NCBI GenBank assembly: GCA_963740355.1 | Contig: CAVUDW010000003.1 | Coordinates: 480,001 to 544,000 of the forward strand | Length of the DNA stretch: 64,000 nt | DNA from: an uncultured Gemmatimonadaceae bacterium | GTDB lineage: Bacteria; Gemmatimonadota; Gemmatimonadetes; Gemmatimonadales; Gemmatimonadaceae | Reading direction: 5' to 3' | Shown here: piece after piece, positions 1-9,282 of the stretch | How the letters are laid out: the number at the start of each line of letters is the position of its first letter | How positions within the stretch are numbered: position 1 is the stretch's first letter | Made by a program: the position numbers and the translations under genes | Notes under the pieces: generated by a model | What the model was told of the DNA's origin: nothing | The model's input: only the letters and a program-made list of their open reading frames with translations | Databases searched by the model: none

Positions 1-420
1 CATCAGGGTGATGTGTCGGACCCTGAATTCGGCGCGCAGCGCGCCTGTTCCACCACCGAGCCGCCAGCACAGAAGCTCGGTGCACACGTGGCCGCCATCG
101 GCATGACTTTTTACACCGGCACCATGTTTCCCGCGCAGTATCGCAACGCGGCGTTCATCGCGCAGCATGGCTCGTGGAATCGCTCCAAGCCAAGCGGGTA
201 TCGCGTGATGGTCGCCCGCACCGACGGACGTCGTGTGACCGCGTATGACACGTTCCTCGACGGCTTCCTCGGCGGCCCGCGCGACAGCATGCCTGGGGGC
301 TGGGAGGCAGGTCGCGCGGCGCGTGGTCGCCCGGCCGACGTGCTGCAGATGCCTGACGGCGCGCTGCTGGTCAGCGACGATTCCGGCAATCGCCTCCTGC
401 GCATCAGCTATCGGCGTTGA
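1..420 (+). CDS. PQQ-dependent sugar/sorbosone dehydrogenase family protein, 5'-truncated by window
   Basis: Motifs AHVAAIGMTFY, AQHGSWNRS, GRPADV...PDGALLVSDD; frame open from base 1. Confidence 0.85.
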   Translation, partial: HQGDVSDPEFGAQRACSTTEPPAQKLGAHVAAIGMTFYTGTMFPAQYRNAAFIAQHGSWNRSKPSGYRVMVARTDGRRVTAYDTFLDGFLGGPRDSMPGGWEAGRAARGRPADVLQMPDGALLVSDDSGNRLLRISYRR

Positions 421-492
421 GGCATGCGGCGCCGCGCACACGTGAACGCGTCCAGCATCCTGATCATGCCGTCCATCTCCACCACGCGAGCC

Positions 493-1380
493 ATGTCTAC
501 GATCCTTCGCGCACTCGGTGTCGCCGGTCTCATGTCGGCGACCAGCCTGCACGCGCAGGCCCGCACCACCATCACGCTCAGCGACACGGCCGTCTCGCCG
601 GAGAACGTCACGTCGAGCCGAGACGGCACCGTGTACTTCGGCAGCATGACGAAGGGCACAATCTATCGAGCGCTGCCCGGTGCGGCGCAGGCCGAGCCGT
701 GGATCCTCGCCTCCGCCACCGGGCTCACGCGGGTGCTCGGTGTGCTGGCCGACGACCGCAGCAACACGCTGTTCGTCTGCCAGAACGCCACCGACGCGCG
801 CGGCGGTGCGCCCGCGTCGGGGCAGACAGCGCTGCGCACGTTCGACCTCAATACCGGTGCCGCGAAGGGTACGTATCCGTTCCCGGCGAACAGCCGCATC
901 TGCAACGACATCGCGGTCGCGGACGACGGCACGGCGTACGTATCCGAGTCGTACGGGGGCAAGGTGCATCGGCTCAAGCCCGGGGCGACGGCGCTCGAGG
1001 TGTGGGCCAGCGACGAGCAGATGAACGTGATCGACGGGCTCGCGCTGCTGTCGGATGGGCTCTACGTGAACGACTTCGCGAAGGGGGCGCTGTTTCGGAT
1101 CCCGATCAAGACTGATGGCAGCGCGGGTGTGCTGGTTCCGATCCAGGTCTCGTTGCCGCTGGGCCGGCCTGATGGGCTGCGCAGTGTGGGACCGCGCACG
1201 CTGGTGCAGACCGAGCAGGCAGGTCGCGTGGCGGAGCTGACGGTCACGGGGGATCGTGCGGAGGTGCGGGTGTTGCGGGAGGGGCTGACGCGCGCGTCGG
1301 GGGTGACCCGGATCGGTGATGGCCTGCTGGTGCTGGTGGAGTTCGCGCGTGCCGTGGTGGTGCCGTACACACGGCGCTGA
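493..1380 (+). CDS. Secreted SMP-30/gluconolactonase-like beta-propeller protein
   Basis: Signal peptide after ATG 493; propeller blades PENVT, CNDIAVADDGTAYVSE, IDGLA, RPDGLR. Confidence 0.75.
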   Translation: MSTILRALGVAGLMSATSLHAQARTTITLSDTAVSPENVTSSRDGTVYFGSMTKGTIYRALPGAAQAEPWILASATGLTRVLGVLADDRSNTLFVCQNATDARGGAPASGQTALRTFDLNTGAAKGTYPFPANSRICNDIAVADDGTAYVSESYGGKVHRLKPGATALEVWASDEQMNVIDGLALLSDGLYVNDFAKGALFRIPIKTDGSAGVLVPIQVSLPLGRPDGLRSVGPRTLVQTEQAGRVAELTVTGDRAEVRVLREGLTRASGVTRIGDGLLVLVEFARAVVVPYTRR

Positions 1381-1724
1381 CGGACTGACGACTCGGAAGC
1401 TCGGTCAGGGTGCAGTCTAGCCTTCATCGCGTGACCATCCGATGCCACGGTCGTTGCGCGCCCACGCTTGTCGCTCACTCGCGGGGCACAGGTGCGAAGG
1501 GACAAGAACACGCCAGACAATCGGGCCTGCTTGTGCCATGGATGCAGCCAACCTGCGGGGTGTCGCCTATACCCGACCTGAAGCAGCGCCTCACGCCGTT
1601 GTACTGTCTTGCCCTGCGCCGTCTGCGCGACTGCATCATCTCTGCCGCAGCCAATCGCCGGCCTGCAGCCCGACGCATATCGCCCGCAGAACTCAGCGTC
1701 GCAGCGCGCGGATGACGACGCCCG

Positions 1725-1865
1725 CCGTCACCATGCCAATCCCGACCCAATCGCGTGCGCTCGGCCGCTCGCGACTACGAGGTCCAGCTGAAGACCGGTA
1801 TCAGGCTGCCCGTGAGCCGGTCCCGGCACACCGCGCTGGAGCGGTGGCTCGGGCTGTCGCGTTGA
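1725..1865 (+). pseudogene. C-terminal remnant of a LytTR DNA-binding domain
   Basis: Manual translation DYEVQLKTGIRLPVSRSRHTALERWLGLSR* (TGA 1863-1865) matches the LytTR end motif (L..G..LPVSR); no intact 5' part. Confidence 0.55.
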
Positions 1866-2153
1866 CATCCGTTGGCTACGGTGCGAGCGCGCGAATCCAC
1901 GGGTGACTGATCGCATCGGCAGCGCTGCCGCAGACCTCGCTGGGTGCGGCCGAGCGCTCGGATGCGCCGGCTGCCGCGGTCCCCGTGAGGGCAGGTGCGA
2001 AAACGCGCGACCGACCAGGTTGTAGCCTTCACCGGCGAGTTCGCCGGTCGTGCTGAGGAGGCGCTTCGGGCACCTACGGTCCGCTGACCGCGGTCCGTGT
2101 CGTGTGATAGCGCCCCCACGGTTGTTGTCAGCGGGCCAAGCTACCATTCGTGC

Positions 2154-2975
2154 ATGAACCACGTCCCGCAGCAGCCACCCGCCCCTGCCCGACCGCGGCG
2201 GCAGTTCGATTCCTCCCGGACCCGCGTCGGGCCGGTGTTCGGGGCTCTCGCCACGCAGTGTGGCGAAGATGCGTGGGTTTGTCGACTGCTCGATCTCGCC
2301 GCCGGTCCAGGCGAGCACTCGTGGCACGACCAGGATCTGCGGATCATCGAGCGCCACCATCAAGCGCCGCCCGGCGCTGATTCACCGACGGAGAAAGGGC
2401 TCGCACCGCCTGTCTCGCTGCTGTCGTGGCTCCTCGATCACTTCACCCCGCCCAAGAACGGCAAGTACGGGTCGGGCATCGTTGGCGACAAGCGACGCGC
2501 GCTCGCCGACCGCGACCCGCAGGTGATCGCGGAGGCCCGCGAAGCGCTGGCGCGGTCGCGCGCCGGGAAGGCGTGGTACGTCCTAGAAGGCCACACCTCG
2601 CCGGACGTGTATTTGGTGACGCCGGACGCCTTGATCGTCGTCGAGGGCAAGCGCACCGAGGCGGGACCCACCACGTCCACGACATGGATGGCGGGACGCC
2701 ATCAGATACTCCGGCACATCGACGCCGCGTGGGAGATCCGTGGCAACCGGGCCGTCTACGGCATGTTCATCGTCGAGGCCATGCCGGGGACCGAGGACGT
2801 CCCGGAACTCTGGAAGCAGGCGGCGAAGGACACGCGCAGCGATGCGGCAATCGAGTCGAGCCTGCCACACCGCTCTGCGGAGGACCGGGAGGGCATCCGC
2901 AACGCGATGGTCGGCGTCACGACGTGGCAGCGGATTGTGTCGGCATTTCAGCTGCCGCCAACTGAGCTGCCATGA
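2154..2975 (+). CDS. PD-(D/E)XK-family putative nuclease
   Basis: EGHTSPDVYL...LIVVEGKRTE (PD...ExK) followed by a Q-containing helix (RHQILRH). Confidence 0.6.
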   Translation: MNHVPQQPPAPARPRRQFDSSRTRVGPVFGALATQCGEDAWVCRLLDLAAGPGEHSWHDQDLRIIERHHQAPPGADSPTEKGLAPPVSLLSWLLDHFTPPKNGKYGSGIVGDKRRALADRDPQVIAEAREALARSRAGKAWYVLEGHTSPDVYLVTPDALIVVEGKRTEAGPTTSTTWMAGRHQILRHIDAAWEIRGNRAVYGMFIVEAMPGTEDVPELWKQAAKDTRSDAAIESSLPHRSAEDREGIRNAMVGVTTWQRIVSAFQLPPTELP

Positions 2976-3083
2976 CGGTGTCGGTCAGACCGTCCTTTCC
3001 TACCAACCCTAACTCCCCATGGAGCCATGTCACCACAGCGCTATGCGATTCTGCCCTGCCGCTCACGATCACAGGCGGCGATC

Positions 3084-3539
3084 ATGACGGCCTTGATCAC
3101 GCAGCTCACGTCCGAAGGATCGGAAGACTTGCGCCGACTCGCGCAGATGCGGGAGTCGGTGCAAGGAGTCCGAGGCACGTGGCACGTCGACGGCACTAAG
3201 CTCGGCCTGCGGTTCTGGACCATCAACATCTCCGCCGCGATGGCAGACGATGGCGGCATGATGCGTGACTTCGCTCACGCGATGGTATTACCAGAGATCG
3301 GCACATCTCGCGTGTACAAGATGTTCGACGTGCTCCTCACTGGCCCTGGGGTGATCGTCGAGGGCGCAATGCGGGGATACCTCGGTGGATGGGGAGCGAA
3401 GCCGTTGACTGATCCTGCGAGTGTGTTGCTGTCGCTGAACTCGAAGGGCGCAAAGTTCCTGATCAGTGACATGGCGACGACGAGATGGCCGACGGACGCG
3501 CTGCTCGGACCTCCGACCGAAGCGACGCATTCGTTGTAG
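3084..3539 (+). CDS. Hypothetical protein
   Basis: Protein-like composition; no recognised motif; start could be 3027. Confidence 0.5.
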   Translation: MTALITQLTSEGSEDLRRLAQMRESVQGVRGTWHVDGTKLGLRFWTINISAAMADDGGMMRDFAHAMVLPEIGTSRVYKMFDVLLTGPGVIVEGAMRGYLGGWGAKPLTDPASVLLSLNSKGAKFLISDMATTRWPTDALLGPPTEATHSL

Positions 3540-3686
3540 AGGGCTCAGGCTGCCGCAACCTAAGGCGGTGGTTCCGCGCATGAGCTCTGACGGCGGCAAC
3601 ACGGTGTGCCACGCATGCACGGACTCGCTGGTCGCACCTAGCGCTCGCAATCAGACGTCCGACCCCTGCCTGCGATTACGGGACCG

Positions 3687-5042
3687 CTAGGTCCGCAGAT
3701 TGCATTCGCCCTCGACCGTGATCACGTCTGGGTCGCGGTTCGTGTACACTCTGCCGCGCTCGCCCTCGAATCGGATGGACAGTGTGTCTGGGCCAGCGAA
3801 CTGGATCTCCAGCCTCCGCACGAACTGCACGGTGCGCGTCAGCACGAGCCACATGCTCGCGACCAGCTTTGCAACGGCGAGGAAATCATTTCTGCCGTTC
3901 GCGGCAGTCTTCCATCCGCGATACAGCGCGGTGAACGGCGACCCCTCTACCGCGCCAAGGGACGGCTTGCTCCCGACAAAGGAGGTTGATCCGCTGATGA
4001 GCGACTCGGTAAGGCTATCGGTCGCTGACGGCGATGGGGCTCCATCCCCACGCGCAGACCGCGACGCGCCGGGCACTCTCCGCTCGTCGAGGAGAATGCG
4101 ACGCGCCCGCAATTCCGCGATCTGCGCCGCCGAGAAGCTGTTCACCGTCATGTCGTCGTACAGGTTCGGCTCCGCGCGCTGCGCGCTCCCAACAAGCCGC
4201 CACCTCGTCAGCCCCCCGCCGATGCGGTGCGACAGCTCACGCACGTCGAGCCAGATGGCCGTGGCGGTAGGCACTGAGCCGAAGGCGACCGCGATGTGCT
4301 GTGCGCCACGGAACGATCCCGGTTGGACGAGATGGTGCAGGCGCTGCAACTGCTCGCTTCCGCCGTCAGCCACCGCAACCAACTCGAGTGTGACCTGATC
4401 AGCGACTTCGATGCGCTCTGCGCCGAACGCGTGAAGACTGCCATCGCCGAATCGGATCACTACGACATCCCTGCCGGCGAACGTCACGCCGGGAGGCGCC
4501 GCCTGGCGATGTGGCGGAGTGAGGCTGCCGCTCGACCCAACCTGGTCCAGCATCGGCGTTCCGAGCGGAGGCATCGGAGTCGCGTGCACACCCAGCAGAC
4601 AGTCGCGTAGTTCCGTGTAACCGGATTCGTGGTCCAGCTGATAGCGCGTTGCATCTCGCATGAACACAGGGATGTGCGCCGCATCACGCCTGTCGAACAC
4701 GACGGGGAGGCAACGCCGTCCGCGCCCCTGCTCCTCGTAGAGCAACTGAGTGATGATGCCAGCCTCCCACGTGGCGCCGAGTCCCACCCCCGGCGACTCG
4801 CGACGCAGCTGTCGACGCTCATACGTCTCCGTGCACACGACGAGCACGAAGTCAGCCATGTCGATCTCGTCGTGCATCCAGATAGGCCACCCACGGTCCG
4901 GCGTGCCCGACTGATACTGGTCGATGCGCGCGTCGATGCCATCACCTCGCAACCTGTTGGACAACGCGAGCACGCGCTCCTTGTGCTCGAGCGAATCGTG
5001 GCTGTAGCTGATGAAGACGCGCGGCGGTGAGGGTTCGGTCAT
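3687..5042 (-). CDS. SEFIR (TIR-like) domain protein with unrecognised C-terminal domain
   Basis: N-terminal RVFISYSHDS..H...VL.L...LR.DGID..IDQY, W..WM..EI..ADFVLVVCT..Y, G..WE. Confidence 0.85.
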   Translation of the reverse strand: MTEPSPPRVFISYSHDSLEHKERVLALSNRLRGDGIDARIDQYQSGTPDRGWPIWMHDEIDMADFVLVVCTETYERRQLRRESPGVGLGATWEAGIITQLLYEEQGRGRRCLPVVFDRRDAAHIPVFMRDATRYQLDHESGYTELRDCLLGVHATPMPPLGTPMLDQVGSSGSLTPPHRQAAPPGVTFAGRDVVVIRFGDGSLHAFGAERIEVADQVTLELVAVADGGSEQLQRLHHLVQPGSFRGAQHIAVAFGSVPTATAIWLDVRELSHRIGGGLTRWRLVGSAQRAEPNLYDDMTVNSFSAAQIAELRARRILLDERRVPGASRSARGDGAPSPSATDSLTESLISGSTSFVGSKPSLGAVEGSPFTALYRGWKTAANGRNDFLAVAKLVASMWLVLTRTVQFVRRLEIQFAGPDTLSIRFEGERGRVYTNRDPDVITVEGECNLRT

Positions 5043-5130
5043 GAGCGCCACCAAGAGGCACCAGTTCGTTCACAGAACACGGGCTGCAGGCGTGAGCTTG
5101 GCCGCAACGCTTCGGCCGAGGTGGCCCGTA

Positions 5131-5952
5131 TCAGATCGTCCATGGCGTCAACACTTGGTGCTTGCCGTCGAACTGGAACGCGCTCCGGTTCTGAGTGAGC
5201 ACGGCGCTCGGCAGCGTGCAGGCCACCTCAGCGAGGCTCCGCTTGAATTCCCCCTGTGGCGGATCGAGTTGCACCGCGTCGAGCGCCAGTAGCAGGTACG
5301 ATAGGACATCGGCCACCTGCACCATTATCGAGTCCTTACTGTCTGCAAACGCCGCCTCTCCCAGCAGCTTCACGTACGGGTCGGCTCGCCCGAGGGAACG
5401 CCCGGGGCGCGGGTACACTGCACGGACGAACTGCTGCATCTGAACGAAGCGTGGAATCGTCCGCTTGATTTCGTTGTTTCCATCGTCAAACACCACCGCA
5501 ACGTGCGCGTGCTCGAGGACGGGCGAGAGCAGGTCCACGAGGTTCATCCAGCAGAAGAGGTATCGGTCTCCCTCCGTACGCAGCGCAACCTGTTGCGCGT
5601 GATCCATGCTGAGGCACACGCGGAAGACCGTGAGCCCTGAATTGACCACAACATCCACCACTTTCTGACACGCGATCACTTTCTCCTCATCGTCGCGGTC
5701 CGGAAGGAGGCTGACCCCGTGGAGTTCAGGTGGCGGCTCATTGATCTGCATGCCGTCCGCAATGCGAAAGCGCCGCCCCTCTCGTGTCGTGACCTCAAGC
5801 CCGCCAACGTCGACACGTTCATGCAGCAGGGCGTAGAACCGCTTACGAGCGTCGTCATGTCGGTCAGCTGGTACAAGGACGCCTGTGAGTGAGTACAGGT
5901 GCTGCCCACTCTCAAATTGCCGGTGAGACTCGTCGACGTAGAGGATGTTCAT
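5131..5952 (-). CDS. DUF3800 domain protein
   Basis: N-terminal ILYVDES, ELHG, VVFDD, C-terminal DSK.S..VQVADVLSY. Confidence 0.8.
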   Translation of the reverse strand: MNILYVDESHRQFESGQHLYSLTGVLVPADRHDDARKRFYALLHERVDVGGLEVTTREGRRFRIADGMQINEPPPELHGVSLLPDRDDEEKVIACQKVVDVVVNSGLTVFRVCLSMDHAQQVALRTEGDRYLFCWMNLVDLLSPVLEHAHVAVVFDDGNNEIKRTIPRFVQMQQFVRAVYPRPGRSLGRADPYVKLLGEAAFADSKDSIMVQVADVLSYLLLALDAVQLDPPQGEFKRSLAEVACTLPSAVLTQNRSAFQFDGKHQVLTPWTI

Positions 5953-6030
5953 GTCCGCTTTGTCAGGTGTTTGGGGGGTTGTATGGCTACGACCGCATGC
6001 CCTGTCCGTTCCCGTCCGCACGTGCGCACC

Positions 6031-7497
6031 CTAGCCACCGGTGCGAGCTCCGAGGCGTGCAGCGCTGCGGCCGAGAAGGCGCGATTCCGCCGAGCACACA
6101 ACGAGCCGATGTGCGCCTCGAGTCATCGCCACATAGAGATGCGCCGCATCCATGCGCGATGCGTCAAGGACAACCGCGATGTCCGCCTCCAGCCCCTTCA
6201 TCAACAGCGTGCTGCCAACGGCACGCCGCGCCACGCGGCGATGACCCGCGCGAATGTCGTCACGGATTGTGCGGGCGGCACTGCCGAATCGCAGCGACTG
6301 CGTCTGACTGCATGCGCGCAGCATTGCGAAGCACGCGCGCAGCACCGCCGGCCGGAACACATGCACACCATCCTGCCGATTGAGTGCCTCCAGCAGATCA
6401 GCAACGTGCTTTGCTGACGGGCTCACCTGCAGTTGCAGAGCCGCCCGCTCGGCGTCACTCGCGGCGATCCGAGCAGTCCCGCGCTCGAGAGAAGCCACCC
6501 GCGGCATGAGCTCCGCGGGCCTGACCGTTGTCATGATATCCGCCGCGAACTGAACAACACGGGTCAGGACAGCAAGACCGTCGGCATCAGCATCGAGACC
6601 GTCGGCGAACGCAATGAAGTCCTTCAGGTCCACGCTCTCGACCGTGGCCGCGCCACTGAGCTGGCTGGCAAACTGACGCTGCTGGACCGGCTTCGTACTG
6701 TCTGCAAGGATCAGCGCAGTTGCTTTCCTCCCCGGCAGCTGCGTGCGGGCAGCCCGGAGCTGAAGCTGCCTGTCGCGCGTAGCATCGCCGGTCAACTGTA
6801 CCCACTCGACACTCGGTGGCGCCGAGGCAAGGTCCACCGCGTCACCAGCGCGGAGCGGACCGCGGGTGTGGAGGAGCCACTCGCCAAGTTCTTGAGAGTC
6901 CGCGTTGATCCAGCGCCACGGCGTGTTCAGCGTCATCGCCACTGGGAACTGGCCGCAGACGACCGAGTCCCAATCAGGAAGCGTATTGCCGCCGAAGCCG
7001 AAGATGCCCTGAAGCGGATCGCCTAGCACCACCGTCGGCACCGCGTCCGCAGCGTGACAAACCAGACCATGCTGCACGACATTGCAGTCCTGGTACTCGT
7101 CTACGAGCACACGGTCGTAGGTCGACCGCAGGAGGTCCGCGATGTGCCCCTCGCACAGCAGCTGTTCTGCAGCGGCACGAATGTTTGGATAGTCCCGTGC
7201 CGGATTCCGGAGTTCGAGCGTACCGGAGCGAAGCCCGCTGCGCAGGGGGAACGTGGACGCGAGGCGCATCGCCCAGCCGTCTAGTGTGTGCACCCGGTAC
7301 GCTCGCGGACGGACACCCGCGCGCTCGAGGCGGCCGCGGAGCGCCGCGACACCAGCATTCGTGTGTGTCAGCACGAGGATCGGCCGCCTACCAGTGTGCG
7401 CAGCGACCGCATTGGTCAGGAGCTGCGTCTTGCCGCATCCCGCAGGTGCGACGACGGCGCCGCGCGTGACGTCCAGCAACGCCTCAGGCGACGACAT
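6031..7497 (-). CDS. gajB: UvrD/Rep-like helicase, Gabija GajB-like
   Basis: APAGCGKT, LTHTNAG, VLVDEYQD, LGDPLQGIF, KGLEAD, LYVAMTRG; overlaps the end of the OLD nuclease gene. Confidence 0.8.
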   Translation of the reverse strand: MSSPEALLDVTRGAVVAPAGCGKTQLLTNAVAAHTGRRPILVLTHTNAGVAALRGRLERAGVRPRAYRVHTLDGWAMRLASTFPLRSGLRSGTLELRNPARDYPNIRAAAEQLLCEGHIADLLRSTYDRVLVDEYQDCNVVQHGLVCHAADAVPTVVLGDPLQGIFGFGGNTLPDWDSVVCGQFPVAMTLNTPWRWINADSQELGEWLLHTRGPLRAGDAVDLASAPPSVEWVQLTGDATRDRQLQLRAARTQLPGRKATALILADSTKPVQQRQFASQLSGAATVESVDLKDFIAFADGLDADADGLAVLTRVVQFAADIMTTVRPAELMPRVASLERGTARIAASDAERAALQLQVSPSAKHVADLLEALNRQDGVHVFRPAVLRACFAMLRACSQTQSLRFGSAARTIRDDIRAGHRRVARRAVGSTLLMKGLEADIAVVLDASRMDAAHLYVAMTRGAHRLVVCSAESRLLGRSAARLGARTGG

Positions 7498-9199
7498 CGC
7501 GTGCCCAGACGCGGAGCGCATCCAGCGGTACACGAAGGTCGTCGCCTGCCTCCGAAAGTGCGGGGCCGACAACCGTCCGCGCAGCGACCTCCATATCGGA
7601 GACCGTCTTGAACCACGTCCCCTGCTTCGACTTGGCCGCCGCGCCGAGCACCCTACGCGCATCCTCCGTCATCGCGGCGCGGCACGCTGCGATCCCCAGA
7701 ATGTTAGAGCTGCGCGTGCGTACCTGGGCGTCGACGGTCGCCTCTGTGAGATTTTCGACGGCGAGATCGAGCAGTTCACCGACTGCCGATTCTGGCAATG
7801 CGGCGAACAGCGCATCCTCGAGCGCCTGCCCCGTGGCCCATGTGAACACGCGTCCACCGCCCTCGATGAAGGCGCCCTCGCCTGCAGGTGCGGTGCGCAG
7901 ATCACTGTCCCGCAGGATGGCTGTTGCGAAACCGAGTGACTGAAGGGCGGAGGCTTTCGGCACGACCTTGCTGTCGCCGCCACCGTCGATGTAGACGACG
8001 CCAGACGCCGAGAGTGTGTCGCGACCGCGGTCATCCTCGTGCTGGTCGAGCCCACGCAACAGCCCGACCTCGGTCGCACCCTCGCACACAACGATGGCGC
8101 GTGCGAGGAGCGCCTCGGGATATACGCGAACCGTTCCCTGAACAGCGTCCGACGAACCGACGTGACGGCAGATATGCTCACCGCTCACCTCACGGCGGAG
8201 TACGAAGAGTGCATCTCCGGACATTTCACGGATCGCGACCGGTGAGTGGGTCGTCAGGAAAACCTGCGCAGACGGCTCCCGATCTTTCGCACCGAGGGCA
8301 TCAAGTAGCCTACAAAGGCGAAACGGCTCCAGACCATGCTCGACCTCGTCGACGAGCACAATGGACGCGCCGCCGTCCAGCTCACGTTGTAGACCCGCAG
8401 CAAGGAGCCGCAGCGATCCCGTACCGAGTGCCTGCAGCGGGACGCCGTCGCTGGTGTGCAAAGCGATGGTACCGCGACCGAACGCTACGGACTCAGCGTC
8501 TAGCATGGCTCTGAGCCCGCTCCCCACCCTGATGCCAAGGCGCGTCGCCTGAGCCAGAATTGCAACGAGCGCACTCTGGAGCTCCGGCGCATTTTGGTCG
8601 CCAAAAGCGTTGCGAGCTTCGCGAGCCGCGGTGGCAAGCGCCGCGGCCGCGTTCGGGAGGTCGGTCGTCATGCGGCTGAGGAGGGAGCCGTGTCGCCAGG
8701 CAAAGTGGTATCCAGCCCCAGCCCCGATACGCATCGGCGCGAGTTGCGCGCGCTGAGCCCAAGGTAGCCCGCGCTGCTGGTCCAACGCGGCCGCACGATC
8801 CGAGTAGAGCGCCCACGTCGGTTCGAGAGACTGATCGACCGTCAGGACGAGAGTGACGACGGTCTCGTGTCCGACACCAGGCTCGTCAACGACGCGGCTC
8901 TCGGCCACGTCGAAGCCACGCAGATAAATGCCGAATGCATCGATGTCGAGGAGCGCCTCGGGCAGATCACCAACCGTGGCAGCGATCCGGATCGGCTGCG
9001 ACGCATCAAGCCCGTGGAAGTCGGCGTCTGTAAACGTCAACGAGCGTCGCGCACCAAGACAGTAGTCAAGGGCGTCGAGCACCGTCGACTTCCCCATGTC
9101 GCCCGGTCCGACCAAGCCATTGAGACCAGGGCGCGGCACCCACGAAAGACGGCGAATGCAGCGAAAGTTCTCGATTTCCAGCAGCCGAATGCGAGGCAT
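7484..9199 (-). CDS. gajA: OLD-family ATP-dependent endonuclease (ABC ATPase + TOPRIM), Gabija GajA-like
   Basis: IENFRCI, GPGDMGKST, LVDEVEHGL, LTTHSP, TOPRIM VCEGATE and RDSD. Confidence 0.82.
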   Translation of the reverse strand: MPRIRLLEIENFRCIRRLSWVPRPGLNGLVGPGDMGKSTVLDALDYCLGARRSLTFTDADFHGLDASQPIRIAATVGDLPEALLDIDAFGIYLRGFDVAESRVVDEPGVGHETVVTLVLTVDQSLEPTWALYSDRAAALDQQRGLPWAQRAQLAPMRIGAGAGYHFAWRHGSLLSRMTTDLPNAAAALATAAREARNAFGDQNAPELQSALVAILAQATRLGIRVGSGLRAMLDAESVAFGRGTIALHTSDGVPLQALGTGSLRLLAAGLQRELDGGASIVLVDEVEHGLEPFRLCRLLDALGAKDREPSAQVFLTTHSPVAIREMSGDALFVLRREVSGEHICRHVGSSDAVQGTVRVYPEALLARAIVVCEGATEVGLLRGLDQHEDDRGRDTLSASGVVYIDGGGDSKVVPKASALQSLGFATAILRDSDLRTAPAGEGAFIEGGGRVFTWATGQALEDALFAALPESAVGELLDLAVENLTEATVDAQVRTRSSNILGIAACRAAMTEDARRVLGAAAKSKQGTWFKTVSDMEVAARTVVGPALSEAGDDLRVPLDALRVWARDVVA

Positions 9200-9282
9200 G
9201 AGTGAGTCTTAGGGGTTCTACTGCACGCAGGCGATCATCGGACGAGGAAGGCACGCGGCGCTGAATCAGAGCTTGACGCTCA

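Noticed and set aside
2976..6030. Integron cassette array among the small defence genes
   Set aside because: No RYYYAAC...GTTRRRY attC pairs found and no IntI-like integrase.
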